Below are positions 1-7,524 of a DNA stretch of 30,599 nt, one piece after another. The DNA comes from a virus (lineage: Duplodnaviria > Caudoviricetes): IMG/VR virus record IMGVR_UViG_3300028599_000015, positions 1-30,599 of that record; one strand, given 5' to 3'. Under the pieces are notes generated by a model that ran no database searches, was not told the origin of the DNA, and saw only the letters and a list, made by a program, of their open reading frames with translations. The translations under genes were made by a program, and so were the position numbers. Positions within the stretch are counted from its first letter, which is position 1; each line of letters begins with the position of its first letter.

Positions 1-1
1 C

Positions 2-160
2 TTCACATCGCACAAAAAGGCTGTTGAGGCGGCTACCTACTCTTGCAAAATCATGGATGACATTGAGCCAGATGTAACGCGAAACAATACCTATACGACT
101 GTAACATCTGGCGGCAAACTATCGCGCCATTACTATATAAACCGCGAACGTATGGGCTAG
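2..160 (+). CDS. 3' end of a small hypothetical phage protein (partial, truncated by window start)
   Basis: Open frame read by hand from position 2 (FTSHKKAVEAATYSCK...INRERMG) to TAG at 158-160; same strand as the downstream small genes. Confidence 0.5.
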   Translation, partial: FTSHKKAVEAATYSCKIMDDIEPDVTRNNTYTTVTSGGKLSRHYYINRERMG

Positions 161-164
161 AGTC

Positions 165-204
165 TAGTAATTAGGGGGCGGCAAGTTTCGCCCTCATTTT
201 ACTA
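165..204 (+). terminator. Intergenic hairpin (possible terminator or processing site)
   Basis: TAGTAA-tta-GGGGGCG / CGCCCTC-att-TTACTA arms around a GCAAGTTT loop; short T run after the GC stem. Confidence 0.35.
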
Positions 205-232
205 CACTTTTAATCAACTAATGGAGTCTACC

Positions 233-400
233 ATGTATCAAGTGAATTACGGCATCGCCAAACGTCCTACAGGTTCAGATTTGGCATTCGTACCATGCGC
301 TGAATTTAAGCCTATGACGTTAGAGAACGCCCAGTTTTGTGTTAAGTTTATGCGTAAAAACGGGCACGATGTTGTCGCAATAAATATCAATACGGTATAA
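233..400 (+). CDS. Small hypothetical protein, 55 aa (MYQVNYGIAKRPTG...INTV)
   Basis: Below the ORF-track cutoff; GGAG at 223-226 before ATG 233; TAA at 398-400 directly followed by the GGAG RBS of the next gene. Confidence 0.65.
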   Translation: MYQVNYGIAKRPTGSDLAFVPCAEFKPMTLENAQFCVKFMRKNGHDVVAININTV

Positions 401-411
401 GGAGTCGGGAC

Positions 412-1182
412 ATGGCAAGCGTAGGAAAGACTTACACCATTTATAGGGGTCCAAGTTTAATCGACGGGACTCCGATTGTAGTATGGTTTCAACAGGGTTC
501 TAAGAACGGTAAAACGGGTGGAATGGCACAAACATTTATTCAAGCAGACGGACTACATGCTGACAATATCGGAAAAGATGTTTCACCGCTTGCCATGTCC
601 CGATCTGGTGGTGACAAGTCTTACTGTGGTGATTGCGTACATCGCGGAACGCCCAACAACAACGCAAAAGGACAAGCGACTGATAGAACGTGTTATGTGC
701 TTTTGATGTATGCACCCACGTCTAAGCATAACGCTTACATGCGTGGGTCATATGAAGAACGCTTAGGACACGCGAATCTTGTTGACCTAGGACGTGACCA
801 GCTTGTTAGACTTGGTGCGTTTGGTGACCCTAGTGCTGTACCGTCCTATGTATGGGAAAGCCTTTTGCAAGAATCCGCTGGACGTACTGGCTACACCCAC
901 GCCGAACGGAATCCCATGCCAGCCAATCTTATGTCTAGTGCAGATACGTTAACACAAGCGCGGGGAATGTGGGCAAGGGGGGAACGTACATTCCGAGTCA
1001 CTAACAACTTAAAAGACATTGTGAAGGGGAGGGAAGTGATCTGTCCCGCGTCACATGAGGCTGGTCAAAAGACAACATGTGACAAGTGTAAATTATGCTC
1101 AGGCAATGCCATAAAAGCAAAATCAATTGTCATAAAAGCACACGGAACAAGTGCCAAGAAATACACAGGAGTTACAGCATGA
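412..1182 (+). CDS. Cys-rich phage protein, probable Fe-S/metal-binding enzyme (radical-SAM-like/GP88-like by inference)
   Basis: AAGGAG RBS; motifs NGKTG, CGDC...CY, VRLGAFGDP, GYTH, CPAS...CDKCKLC, HG at the C-terminus. Confidence 0.6.
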   Translation: MASVGKTYTIYRGPSLIDGTPIVVWFQQGSKNGKTGGMAQTFIQADGLHADNIGKDVSPLAMSRSGGDKSYCGDCVHRGTPNNNAKGQATDRTCYVLLMYAPTSKHNAYMRGSYEERLGHANLVDLGRDQLVRLGAFGDPSAVPSYVWESLLQESAGRTGYTHAERNPMPANLMSSADTLTQARGMWARGERTFRVTNNLKDIVKGREVICPASHEAGQKTTCDKCKLCSGNAIKAKSIVIKAHGTSAKKYTGVTA

Positions 1183-1298
1183 AAACGGCAACCAAGGCTA
1201 TAATCGACGCGTTGATAACATTGTTACTTGTGGCGGCAAACATTGCTCTAATATTCTCTTTTGCCGCTTATGTGTACTATACAGGAGGGATTCAATAA
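1179..1298 (+). CDS. Small single-TM membrane protein, 39 aa
   Basis: AGGAG at 1167-1171; ATGA overlap with the upstream stop; hydrophobic run ALITLLLVAANIALIFSFAAYVYY. Confidence 0.65.
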   Translation: MKTATKAIIDALITLLLVAANIALIFSFAAYVYYTGGIQ

Positions 1299-1519
1299 TG
1301 CTTTCATATCACACCCAAACATACGCACAGCTAGTGGAAAGAACGGCTGCACAGTGTGGCGAGTCTGATTCATATCGCCTGCGCGGATTCCGTCCTAGGT
1401 ATGTAAACGAACAAGGCGAGTACGTCGAGATACTGGAAAGAGACTCGGCAAGGTATCGTGATTACTTGAACGCATGGAATGCAAACGAATCCATGGGCGA
1501 TTTCATAGAGTATACCTAA
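1298..1519 (+). CDS. Hypothetical protein, 73 aa
   Basis: AGGAGG RBS and TAATG overlap at 1296-1300 support a start at 1298 rather than the longer ORF-track start. Confidence 0.65.
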   Translation: MLSYHTQTYAQLVERTAAQCGESDSYRLRGFRPRYVNEQGEYVEILERDSARYRDYLNAWNANESMGDFIEYT

Positions 1520-1545
1520 AACCAGCGCCATAGAGCGCCGACTCT

Positions 1546-1580
1546 GGTCTCTACCATATGGTAGTGGCCTTTTTTGTTTT
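1546..1580 (+). terminator. Rho-independent terminator closing the small-gene operon
   Basis: GGTC-t-CTACCATATGGTAG-t-GGCC hairpin followed by TTTTTTGTTTT. Confidence 0.7.
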
Positions 1581-1599
1581 GTGTTGTTGTACGGGGCTA

Positions 1600-1904
1600 G
1601 AATCGGGGTCTATGTCAATTCTATGTGTGTATCTATATCATGGGTTTACATGGGATTCCGTGTGACTAGATACTGATTCGCATTGGTGTTGCCCGTCATT
1701 AAATGATTCGTATAGGTCAAGCCGATTCGCGCGCCGAGTGCAATAAAAATGTTGTCAAGTGATTCGTTTCCTTGTATTTCATTTGTGTTGTCAAGTGTGA
1801 CATATTTATCACGGCAGGGTATCCCAAAGTATATGATTCGGTAACCCGGAAGAGATTGTCAACCTATACTTTCGGATGGGGCCCCCATACTTTTGAGCAG
1901 ATTC
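1600..1904. promoter_or_regulatory. Array of GANTC sites including five YGATTCG heptamers
   Basis: TGATTCG at 1674, 1704, 1760, 1834; CGATTCG at 1723; further GANTC at 1600, 1654, 1900. Confidence 0.6.
1750..1797. repeat. 12-bp direct repeat TGTTGTCAAGTG (1750-1761 and 1786-1797)
   Basis: Exact repeat seen in the sequence. Confidence 0.8.
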
Positions 1905-2074
1905 ATTATGCCGGGGTGTTATACACCTACATCTGCAAAACAAAAAAAATAAAATGGTACAACCAGAGCGAGACTAATGAGACAAAGTGTGACATTTATG
2001 CAACAGTTATAAATAAAAGTAAATAAAAGAATACAACAAAATCAAGGATATAACAAAAAGTTACTATCTAGTGG

Positions 2075-2104
2075 TTGCAACAACAGAAAAAAAGGTGCTA
2101 TATA
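2075..2104 (+). promoter_or_regulatory. Candidate sigma70-type promoter for the morphogenesis operon
   Basis: TTGCAA-N18-TATATA with extended -10 TG (TGcTATATA) and an A-rich upstream tract. Confidence 0.45.
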
Positions 2105-2351
2105 GAAGTATACAACATCTCTACTAAGGTATAGCAGATGTAATCACAAGGCTCTCACTTAAGAACATCAATATGAAACTGACTATATAGTTATAACATT
2201 ATAGTATATAACATATTGTTAGAGACTACCTGATTACATGTGTTATACTTTAGTCTATGACAATACTAGGAATAAACTATATTGTTGTAAGATAACGTAT
2301 CCCCCCCAGCAACCATAACGAACACTGCATAGTAAACTACAGGATGAGGTC

Positions 2352-2411
2352 ATGCCGATGCTACTTGAGGGAATTGTTATCTGTGTTGTTGTAGTTCTAT
2401 TCTACTGTTAG
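2352..2411 (+). CDS. Possible hydrophobic leader micropeptide (MPMLLEGIVICVVVVLFYC)
   Basis: AGGATGAGGT upstream; ATGs at 2352 and 2358; TAG at 2409-2411. Confidence 0.3.
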   Translation: MPMLLEGIVICVVVVLFYC

Positions 2412-2442
2412 AGATATGTACGGAACCGAAGGATGTGTTACG

Positions 2443-2832
2443 TTGGCTGAGAAACTTCCATATAGCGCCATTATAGGTAAGCAAGTCCGACAGGGCATCA
2501 TTAGTGGTGTTCCCGTAAAGGTGATCATTGCATCTATACAGAAGTATGCTCATGCTCCAAGTAGTACAGCCACTTTTTATAAGTTGTATGGTGCTGACAT
2601 AGCTGAAGTCAAGTTTGATACCAACAGGGCTATAGGTGATGTCGTTGTACAACAGGCTCTGGCTGGTGATTTTAAGGCTGCTGAGTTCTATCTTAAGAGT
2701 AAGGGTGGTTGGTCTCCCGCTAACACTGTCGAAGAACGTGAAGTAGGCAGTGAAGAGGAAGAAGACCGGTCCGCTGTAGAGGCAATTATGAACCAACTAG
2801 GAAAATCAACAGATGAACAGGATAACGGCTGA
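2443..2832 (+). CDS. Probable terminase small subunit
   Basis: Immediately upstream of and overlapping TerL; AAEFYLKSKGGW motif and acidic tail; AAGGA precedes TTG 2443 (alternative ATG start at 2416). Confidence 0.7.
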   Translation: MAEKLPYSAIIGKQVRQGIISGVPVKVIIASIQKYAHAPSSTATFYKLYGADIAEVKFDTNRAIGDVVVQQALAGDFKAAEFYLKSKGGWSPANTVEEREVGSEEEEDRSAVEAIMNQLGKSTDEQDNG

Positions 2833-4162
2833 AGACTTAAGAAAGCTACCCTCTGAAGAGGTTGCTGAAGTTTTGTCGTGTCTCTCACCAGAACAAGCTG
2901 AAGAACTTAAATACGACTGGAAGTTCTGGGCTAGACCTGATCAGTTAGAACCTGATGGTAAATGGAATGTATGGGTTGCCTTAGCTGGTCGTGGCTGGGG
3001 TAAGACAAGGGCCGGGGCCGAGTGGGTTCGCCACAGAATTATGAAGAACGATAGGATCGTACACTGTGTCGCACCTACTAAGGGTGATGTACGCAGAGTT
3101 ATGGTTGAAGGTGACTCTGGACTAATGAATGTCTGTCACAAGGGCGATAAGACATACAGAGGAAAAGAGTTAGGCTTCCCTACTTGGTCTCCTACTAACA
3201 ATACGATGACTTGGGCTAATGGCTCTAAGGCTGTATTCTTTAGTGCAGAAGACCCTGAGAGACTTCGTGGGCCTCAAGCGTACTCTATGTGGGCAGATGA
3301 ACTGTGTGCATGGAGAAATGCTCAAGAGACTTGGGATATGGCACAGTTTGGACTACGATTAGGTAGACACCCAGTATCGTTTATAACTACTACACCTAAG
3401 ACTACTAAGTTACTGAGAACCATCTTAGATGATGAAAAGACACATGTCACCACAGGTAGCACATACGATAACAGTGCTAACCTAGCTGATACCTTCCTTG
3501 ATGCTGTACGTAAGACTTACGAGGGAACTAGACTAGGTAGACAGGAATTATATGCTGAAGTACTTGATGAGGCATCTGGGGCATTGTGGAACAGAGCGTT
3601 ACTAGCCAAGTGTGAGGTGCTTAGTGATGATGTACCAACACTTAACCGAATTGTTGTCGCCATTGACCCAGCCATTACCTCTAACGCTGAAAGTGACATG
3701 ACAGGTATTGTCGTAGCTGGAATAGACGTTAATGGCATTGCTTATGTGCTAGAGGATCATACTGGTCGTTATACACCTCAACAATGGGCATCTAAAGCCG
3801 TCGAGTTATATCATAAACATTTAGCTGACAGGATTGTAGCTGAGAGAAACCAAGGTGGTGATATGGTACGCCATACACTGCATACAGAAGATGAAACACT
3901 GCCAGTAAGGTTAGTACATGCCTCAAGGGGCAAGATGGCTAGGGCAGAACCAGTTTCAGCATTATATGAACAAAACAGAGTTAAGCATGTAAGAGGATTG
4001 AACGACTTAGAGGATCAGATGGTACAATGGGAGCCTTTAGGTTCTATTGGGTCTCCTGACAGGTTAGACGCCCTAGTTTGGGCTATCACTGATCTAAGTC
4101 TTAATGGTTACGCAAAGCCACAACTTAAACTAGCATACTCTAGTGCCAAAGGGCTAATTTAA
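2813..4162 (+). CDS. terL: Terminase large subunit
   Basis: Walker A AGRGWGKT, Walker B MWADE, coupling motif TTTP, nuclease VAIDPA and SPDRLDA. Confidence 0.97.
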   Translation: MNRITAEDLRKLPSEEVAEVLSCLSPEQAEELKYDWKFWARPDQLEPDGKWNVWVALAGRGWGKTRAGAEWVRHRIMKNDRIVHCVAPTKGDVRRVMVEGDSGLMNVCHKGDKTYRGKELGFPTWSPTNNTMTWANGSKAVFFSAEDPERLRGPQAYSMWADELCAWRNAQETWDMAQFGLRLGRHPVSFITTTPKTTKLLRTILDDEKTHVTTGSTYDNSANLADTFLDAVRKTYEGTRLGRQELYAEVLDEASGALWNRALLAKCEVLSDDVPTLNRIVVAIDPAITSNAESDMTGIVVAGIDVNGIAYVLEDHTGRYTPQQWASKAVELYHKHLADRIVAERNQGGDMVRHTLHTEDETLPVRLVHASRGKMARAEPVSALYEQNRVKHVRGLNDLEDQMVQWEPLGSIGSPDRLDALVWAITDLSLNGYAKPQLKLAYSSAKGLI

Positions 4163-4163
4163 T

Positions 4164-5534
4164 ATGGCTACAAAGAAACTATCGGAAGGTGCAGCTAAGA
4201 GTATTCTTGGTGTAGCTGGTGATAACACTCGTACTGGACAGATACGTGCAGATGAGTTTATCCCTGAACTACGCGGTAAGAACGCTATTCGCAAGTATCG
4301 GGAGATGCGGGATAATGACAGTACTATTGGTGCGGTTATGTATGCTGCTGAACAAGTACTTAGAGATGTCAAACTTAAAGTGGAACCCGCCAATGATACT
4401 GAGGAAGCTAAACGTGAAGCTGACTTTGTGGAAAGTATCTTTGATGATATGGATCACAGTCTTGACGATCACATTGCAGAATCTTTATCGTCGTTGTCGT
4501 ATGGTTTTGCGTGGTTTGAAGTTGTTTATAAGCGGAGAGTTGGCCCTACTCAGAGATCGCCTAAGAAAAACAGTAAGTACACTGATGGACGCTTGGGTGT
4601 ACGTAAGATTGCTTGTCGTGCGCCTTGGACAGTCTCTAGGTTTGATGTAGAAGATAAAAGCGGTGATGTCTTAGGCATCTATCAGGACGTAGGTTATGGA
4701 TCAGGAAAGCATTATATTCCCACTACTAAGAGCCTTTACTATCGTACTACTGTTCTTAATGGTGATCCTAGTGGCCGCTCTATCCTCCGCAATGCTTATT
4801 CCTCGTATGTCTATCTAAATAACTTACAGAGCATAGAGGCTATAGCTGTTGAGCGTGAACTAGCTGGTATTCCTATTGCTCGTATTCCCTCTGAGTATTT
4901 GTCGTCAGACGCAAGTGCGGCCCAGAGTGGCTTCGTAGGCAACCTACAACAAATCCTTCGTGACGTTAAGTTTAATGAACAAGGTTATATTATAACACCT
5001 AGTGATACTTACCCTGATAAGGATGGTTCTCCTACAAACATTAGACTTGTAGACATTGAACTAATGAGTAGTAATGGCAATCGTAATGTAGATATTGACC
5101 CCATTGTTAGGCGTTACCAACATGACATTGCCCGTTCTGTACTTTCTGAGTTTCTTATGCTCGGTGGGGGTAACAATGGATCATATGCACTCTCCAAGTC
5201 TAAGACTGATCTGTTTCTACGTGCATTAGAAAGCTACATACAGGCTATCGTAGATGTTCTTAACAAGCAGCTAGTGGAACGCTTATGGCAGCTTAACGGA
5301 CTTAACTACGACCTCATGCCCTGTATCAAGGCTGGTGATGTTGCCCCACACGATCTACGTGAGATTGCAGCATTTCTTCGTAACCTTAACGGTGCAGACA
5401 TTAACGTCAGTGATCACCCAGAGGTTATACAAGACCTTATGGATATAGCTGAACTGAACTATGACCCTATTACAGAGGTCACAACAGAAACTGACCTGCC
5501 CAATGAGGTAGAAGACAACAAGGAAAATACATAA
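4164..5534 (+). CDS. Portal protein
   Basis: 456 aa directly after TerL; YGFAWFEVVY, GRSILRNAY, IERELAGIP-like and GSYALS motifs typical of Mu gp29/DUF935-like portals. Confidence 0.9.
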   Translation: MATKKLSEGAAKSILGVAGDNTRTGQIRADEFIPELRGKNAIRKYREMRDNDSTIGAVMYAAEQVLRDVKLKVEPANDTEEAKREADFVESIFDDMDHSLDDHIAESLSSLSYGFAWFEVVYKRRVGPTQRSPKKNSKYTDGRLGVRKIACRAPWTVSRFDVEDKSGDVLGIYQDVGYGSGKHYIPTTKSLYYRTTVLNGDPSGRSILRNAYSSYVYLNNLQSIEAIAVERELAGIPIARIPSEYLSSDASAAQSGFVGNLQQILRDVKFNEQGYIITPSDTYPDKDGSPTNIRLVDIELMSSNGNRNVDIDPIVRRYQHDIARSVLSEFLMLGGGNNGSYALSKSKTDLFLRALESYIQAIVDVLNKQLVERLWQLNGLNYDLMPCIKAGDVAPHDLREIAAFLRNLNGADINVSDHPEVIQDLMDIAELNYDPITEVTTETDLPNEVEDNKENT

Positions 5535-5995
5535 TGGCTATTACAACAGCATTAAGCAATGCTTTTAAACTAGAGTTGCTTAAAGGTAATCACGACTTTG
5601 ATAATGATACCTTTCGTGTAGCACTGATTAAAGAAAATCCAACTGGTACTTATAATGCCACAACAGTAGCATACACTGAGTTAGGGTCAGATCAAGCCTC
5701 TGGTACTGGCTATACTAGCACTTTTGACACCGTGTCCACAGGCGCACAAGCAGCTATTGCCACTGGATACCCTCAGATGGATGGTACAACTGCCGTTATG
5801 GACTTTGATGATGCAGTATTTGCAAGCGTGACTGTTCAGGCTGATGGTTGTATTCTTTATAACCCAAATGCTGATAGTGCAGCTAATGTTATCGCAGTGT
5901 TTGACTTTGGTGGTACAGTTAGTGCTACCGCTGGTGACTTTACTATTCAGTTCCCTGCTCCGGGTGCTTCCACAAGTATTCTACGCCTAGCCTAA
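5534..5995 (+). CDS. Virion structural protein, putative repeated 'bead' subunit of a chain-like fibre
   Basis: 153-aa beta-rich protein (FKLELLKG, DTFRVAL, DFDDAVF, FDFGG, GDFTIQFP); TAATG-coupled to the portal. Confidence 0.6.
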   Translation: MAITTALSNAFKLELLKGNHDFDNDTFRVALIKENPTGTYNATTVAYTELGSDQASGTGYTSTFDTVSTGAQAAIATGYPQMDGTTAVMDFDDAVFASVTVQADGCILYNPNADSAANVIAVFDFGGTVSATAGDFTIQFPAPGASTSILRLA

Positions 5996-6012
5996 TCTGA
6001 GGATACCTAAGA

Positions 6013-7524
6013 ATGGTAAAGTTCGTCAACAGAGTTAAACTTAATCTGACCACTACAGGTACAGGTACAGTAACCTTTGGTTCTGTTGTTGATGGCTTTC
6101 AGAGCCTTGCTGATGCCTCTGTTGTTGATTCTGACGTTGTAAGGTACACTCTTGAAAGTGGAACTAACTACGAGGTAGGGACTGGCACTATAGGACTAGC
6201 TGGTGGAACCTACACTATGGCTAGGTCTCCTAGTTCTTCCTCTGAAAGTGACAACTCAGCTATCAACTTAGGTTCTGGTGCGGTATGCTTCCTTACCATG
6301 CTTGCAGAAGACGTTGTTCAAGTCTTAGCTGACTTAGATAATGTGTCCTCTACCGCACCCGCTGGTGGTCAAAACTTAGCTTGGGACTCAGGCACAAGTT
6401 CTTGGGTTCCTGCTTCCCCCTCTGGCGGTATTACAAGTGTTGGGAACTTTGCAGGTCTTCCTGCGTCTCCTAGTGAAACAGACTTAGCTTGGGTGCAGGA
6501 TACCAAGTCGTTATACATATATGATGGTGCTGAATGGGACAAAGTGGCTACGGGTAGTCAAGTTGCACCTAGGTATACAACCGCACCACCAGCTACACTG
6601 TTGTTGGCAAGTGATGGCTCTACCACCTCCGACATAGTTACTGTAGCAGTAGACGATATGGGTTATCCTGTGCAATACGCATGGGACGCTTTCTCTGGTT
6701 CAAATGTGTATGGCCCAAGTGCGTTACCTCCACAGCTAACAGCAGTTAACGTAAACCAAAACGGAACTTACACGCTGACCCCTAGTGGCACGGCATCTCA
6801 TGCGGGTGACGTTAGCTTTAGGGCGCAGGCATCTGACGGAGTTGCGACAGTAGTTGGCGTCACCACCGTAACACTGCAATTCTCAGCTAACTTTACAGTA
6901 TCTTCGCTGTCCCGAAATGGAGACACACTTTCATCTTCCTCAACTGGGCTGTTTTCAGCCACCACAAACGGTGGGTTTATTTCTACGAGTGGCTTCCTAG
7001 TCGGGGATGTTTTGAATACGGGCAAATACTACTTTGAGGCCAAATACACTCAGGCTCACACTCTTACAAACGGTGGCTTGTTCACTGGTTTTATTGACGC
7101 TGTAAGGGGCGCTAACAACGATACTGGATACTCTACAAGTCCCGGAGGCAATGTGGCTGTTTGGTTTAAGCAGAACGGCGAAGTTGGACACAACGGACCA
7201 TATGACAATGAGTCAGGCTTTTCTACCAGTTCAAAATGGACTTCAGGTGTTTGCACGACTGGCAACAGCGTTACCACCGCTGACATACTGATGTATGCCT
7301 TCGACACGACTGCAAAAAAGGCTTGGTTTGGCATAAACAACAATTGGAGCCTCTTTACTGGCAATCCTGTAACTGGGGCGGGTATGCCTATGTCTGACAT
7401 CACTGGCGCTGTGCGGTTCTTTGTAGGTTACAACAATGTTGCTGGCTCTATAGGTTTGCAAATTCAAACTGGCGCTGGTGGAAACCCAACATACTCAGCA
7501 CCAACGGGGTTTGATAACTACTAA
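6013..7524 (+). CDS. Fibre/adhesin protein with C-terminal SPRY/ConA-like domain
   Basis: N-terminal NRVK..TTTGTGTVT module; fibre repeat LADLDNV...GQNLAWD...W; SPRY-like GKYYFEAK...AFDTTAKKAWFGINNNW. Confidence 0.7.
   Translation: MVKFVNRVKLNLTTTGTGTVTFGSVVDGFQSLADASVVDSDVVRYTLESGTNYEVGTGTIGLAGGTYTMARSPSSSSESDNSAINLGSGAVCFLTMLAEDVVQVLADLDNVSSTAPAGGQNLAWDSGTSSWVPASPSGGITSVGNFAGLPASPSETDLAWVQDTKSLYIYDGAEWDKVATGSQVAPRYTTAPPATLLLASDGSTTSDIVTVAVDDMGYPVQYAWDAFSGSNVYGPSALPPQLTAVNVNQNGTYTLTPSGTASHAGDVSFRAQASDGVATVVGVTTVTLQFSANFTVSSLSRNGDTLSSSSTGLFSATTNGGFISTSGFLVGDVLNTGKYYFEAKYTQAHTLTNGGLFTGFIDAVRGANNDTGYSTSPGGNVAVWFKQNGEVGHNGPYDNESGFSTSSKWTSGVCTTGNSVTTADILMYAFDTTAKKAWFGINNNWSLFTGNPVTGAGMPMSDITGAVRFFVGYNNVAGSIGLQIQTGAGGNPTYSAPTGFDNY

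Noticed and set aside
518-1297. Alternative-frame ORF 518-706 and the long N-terminal extensions starting at 1095 and 1151
   Set aside because: They overlap the 256-aa gene; RBS and stop/start overlaps support starts at 1179 and 1298
1796-1813. CRP/FNR site
   Set aside because: TGTGA and TCACG half-sites are 8 bp apart rather than 6
1600-2010. Short repeats considered as a CRISPR or mini-array
   Set aside because: Repeats are only 7-12 bp with irregular spacing; no cas genes in the window
1772-2026. 84-aa + strand ORF in the ORF track
   Set aside because: TTG start with no RBS; runs through repeats, palindromes and A tracts that look regulatory
1520-2440. CtrA boxes (TTAA-N7-TTAA) or a tRNA gene in the non-coding region
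   Set aside because: No full CtrA box and no cloverleaf or T-loop signature found by eye
2813-4162. Intein or intron in TerL
   Set aside because: Length is ordinary, motifs are contiguous and no splice-junction signature is seen
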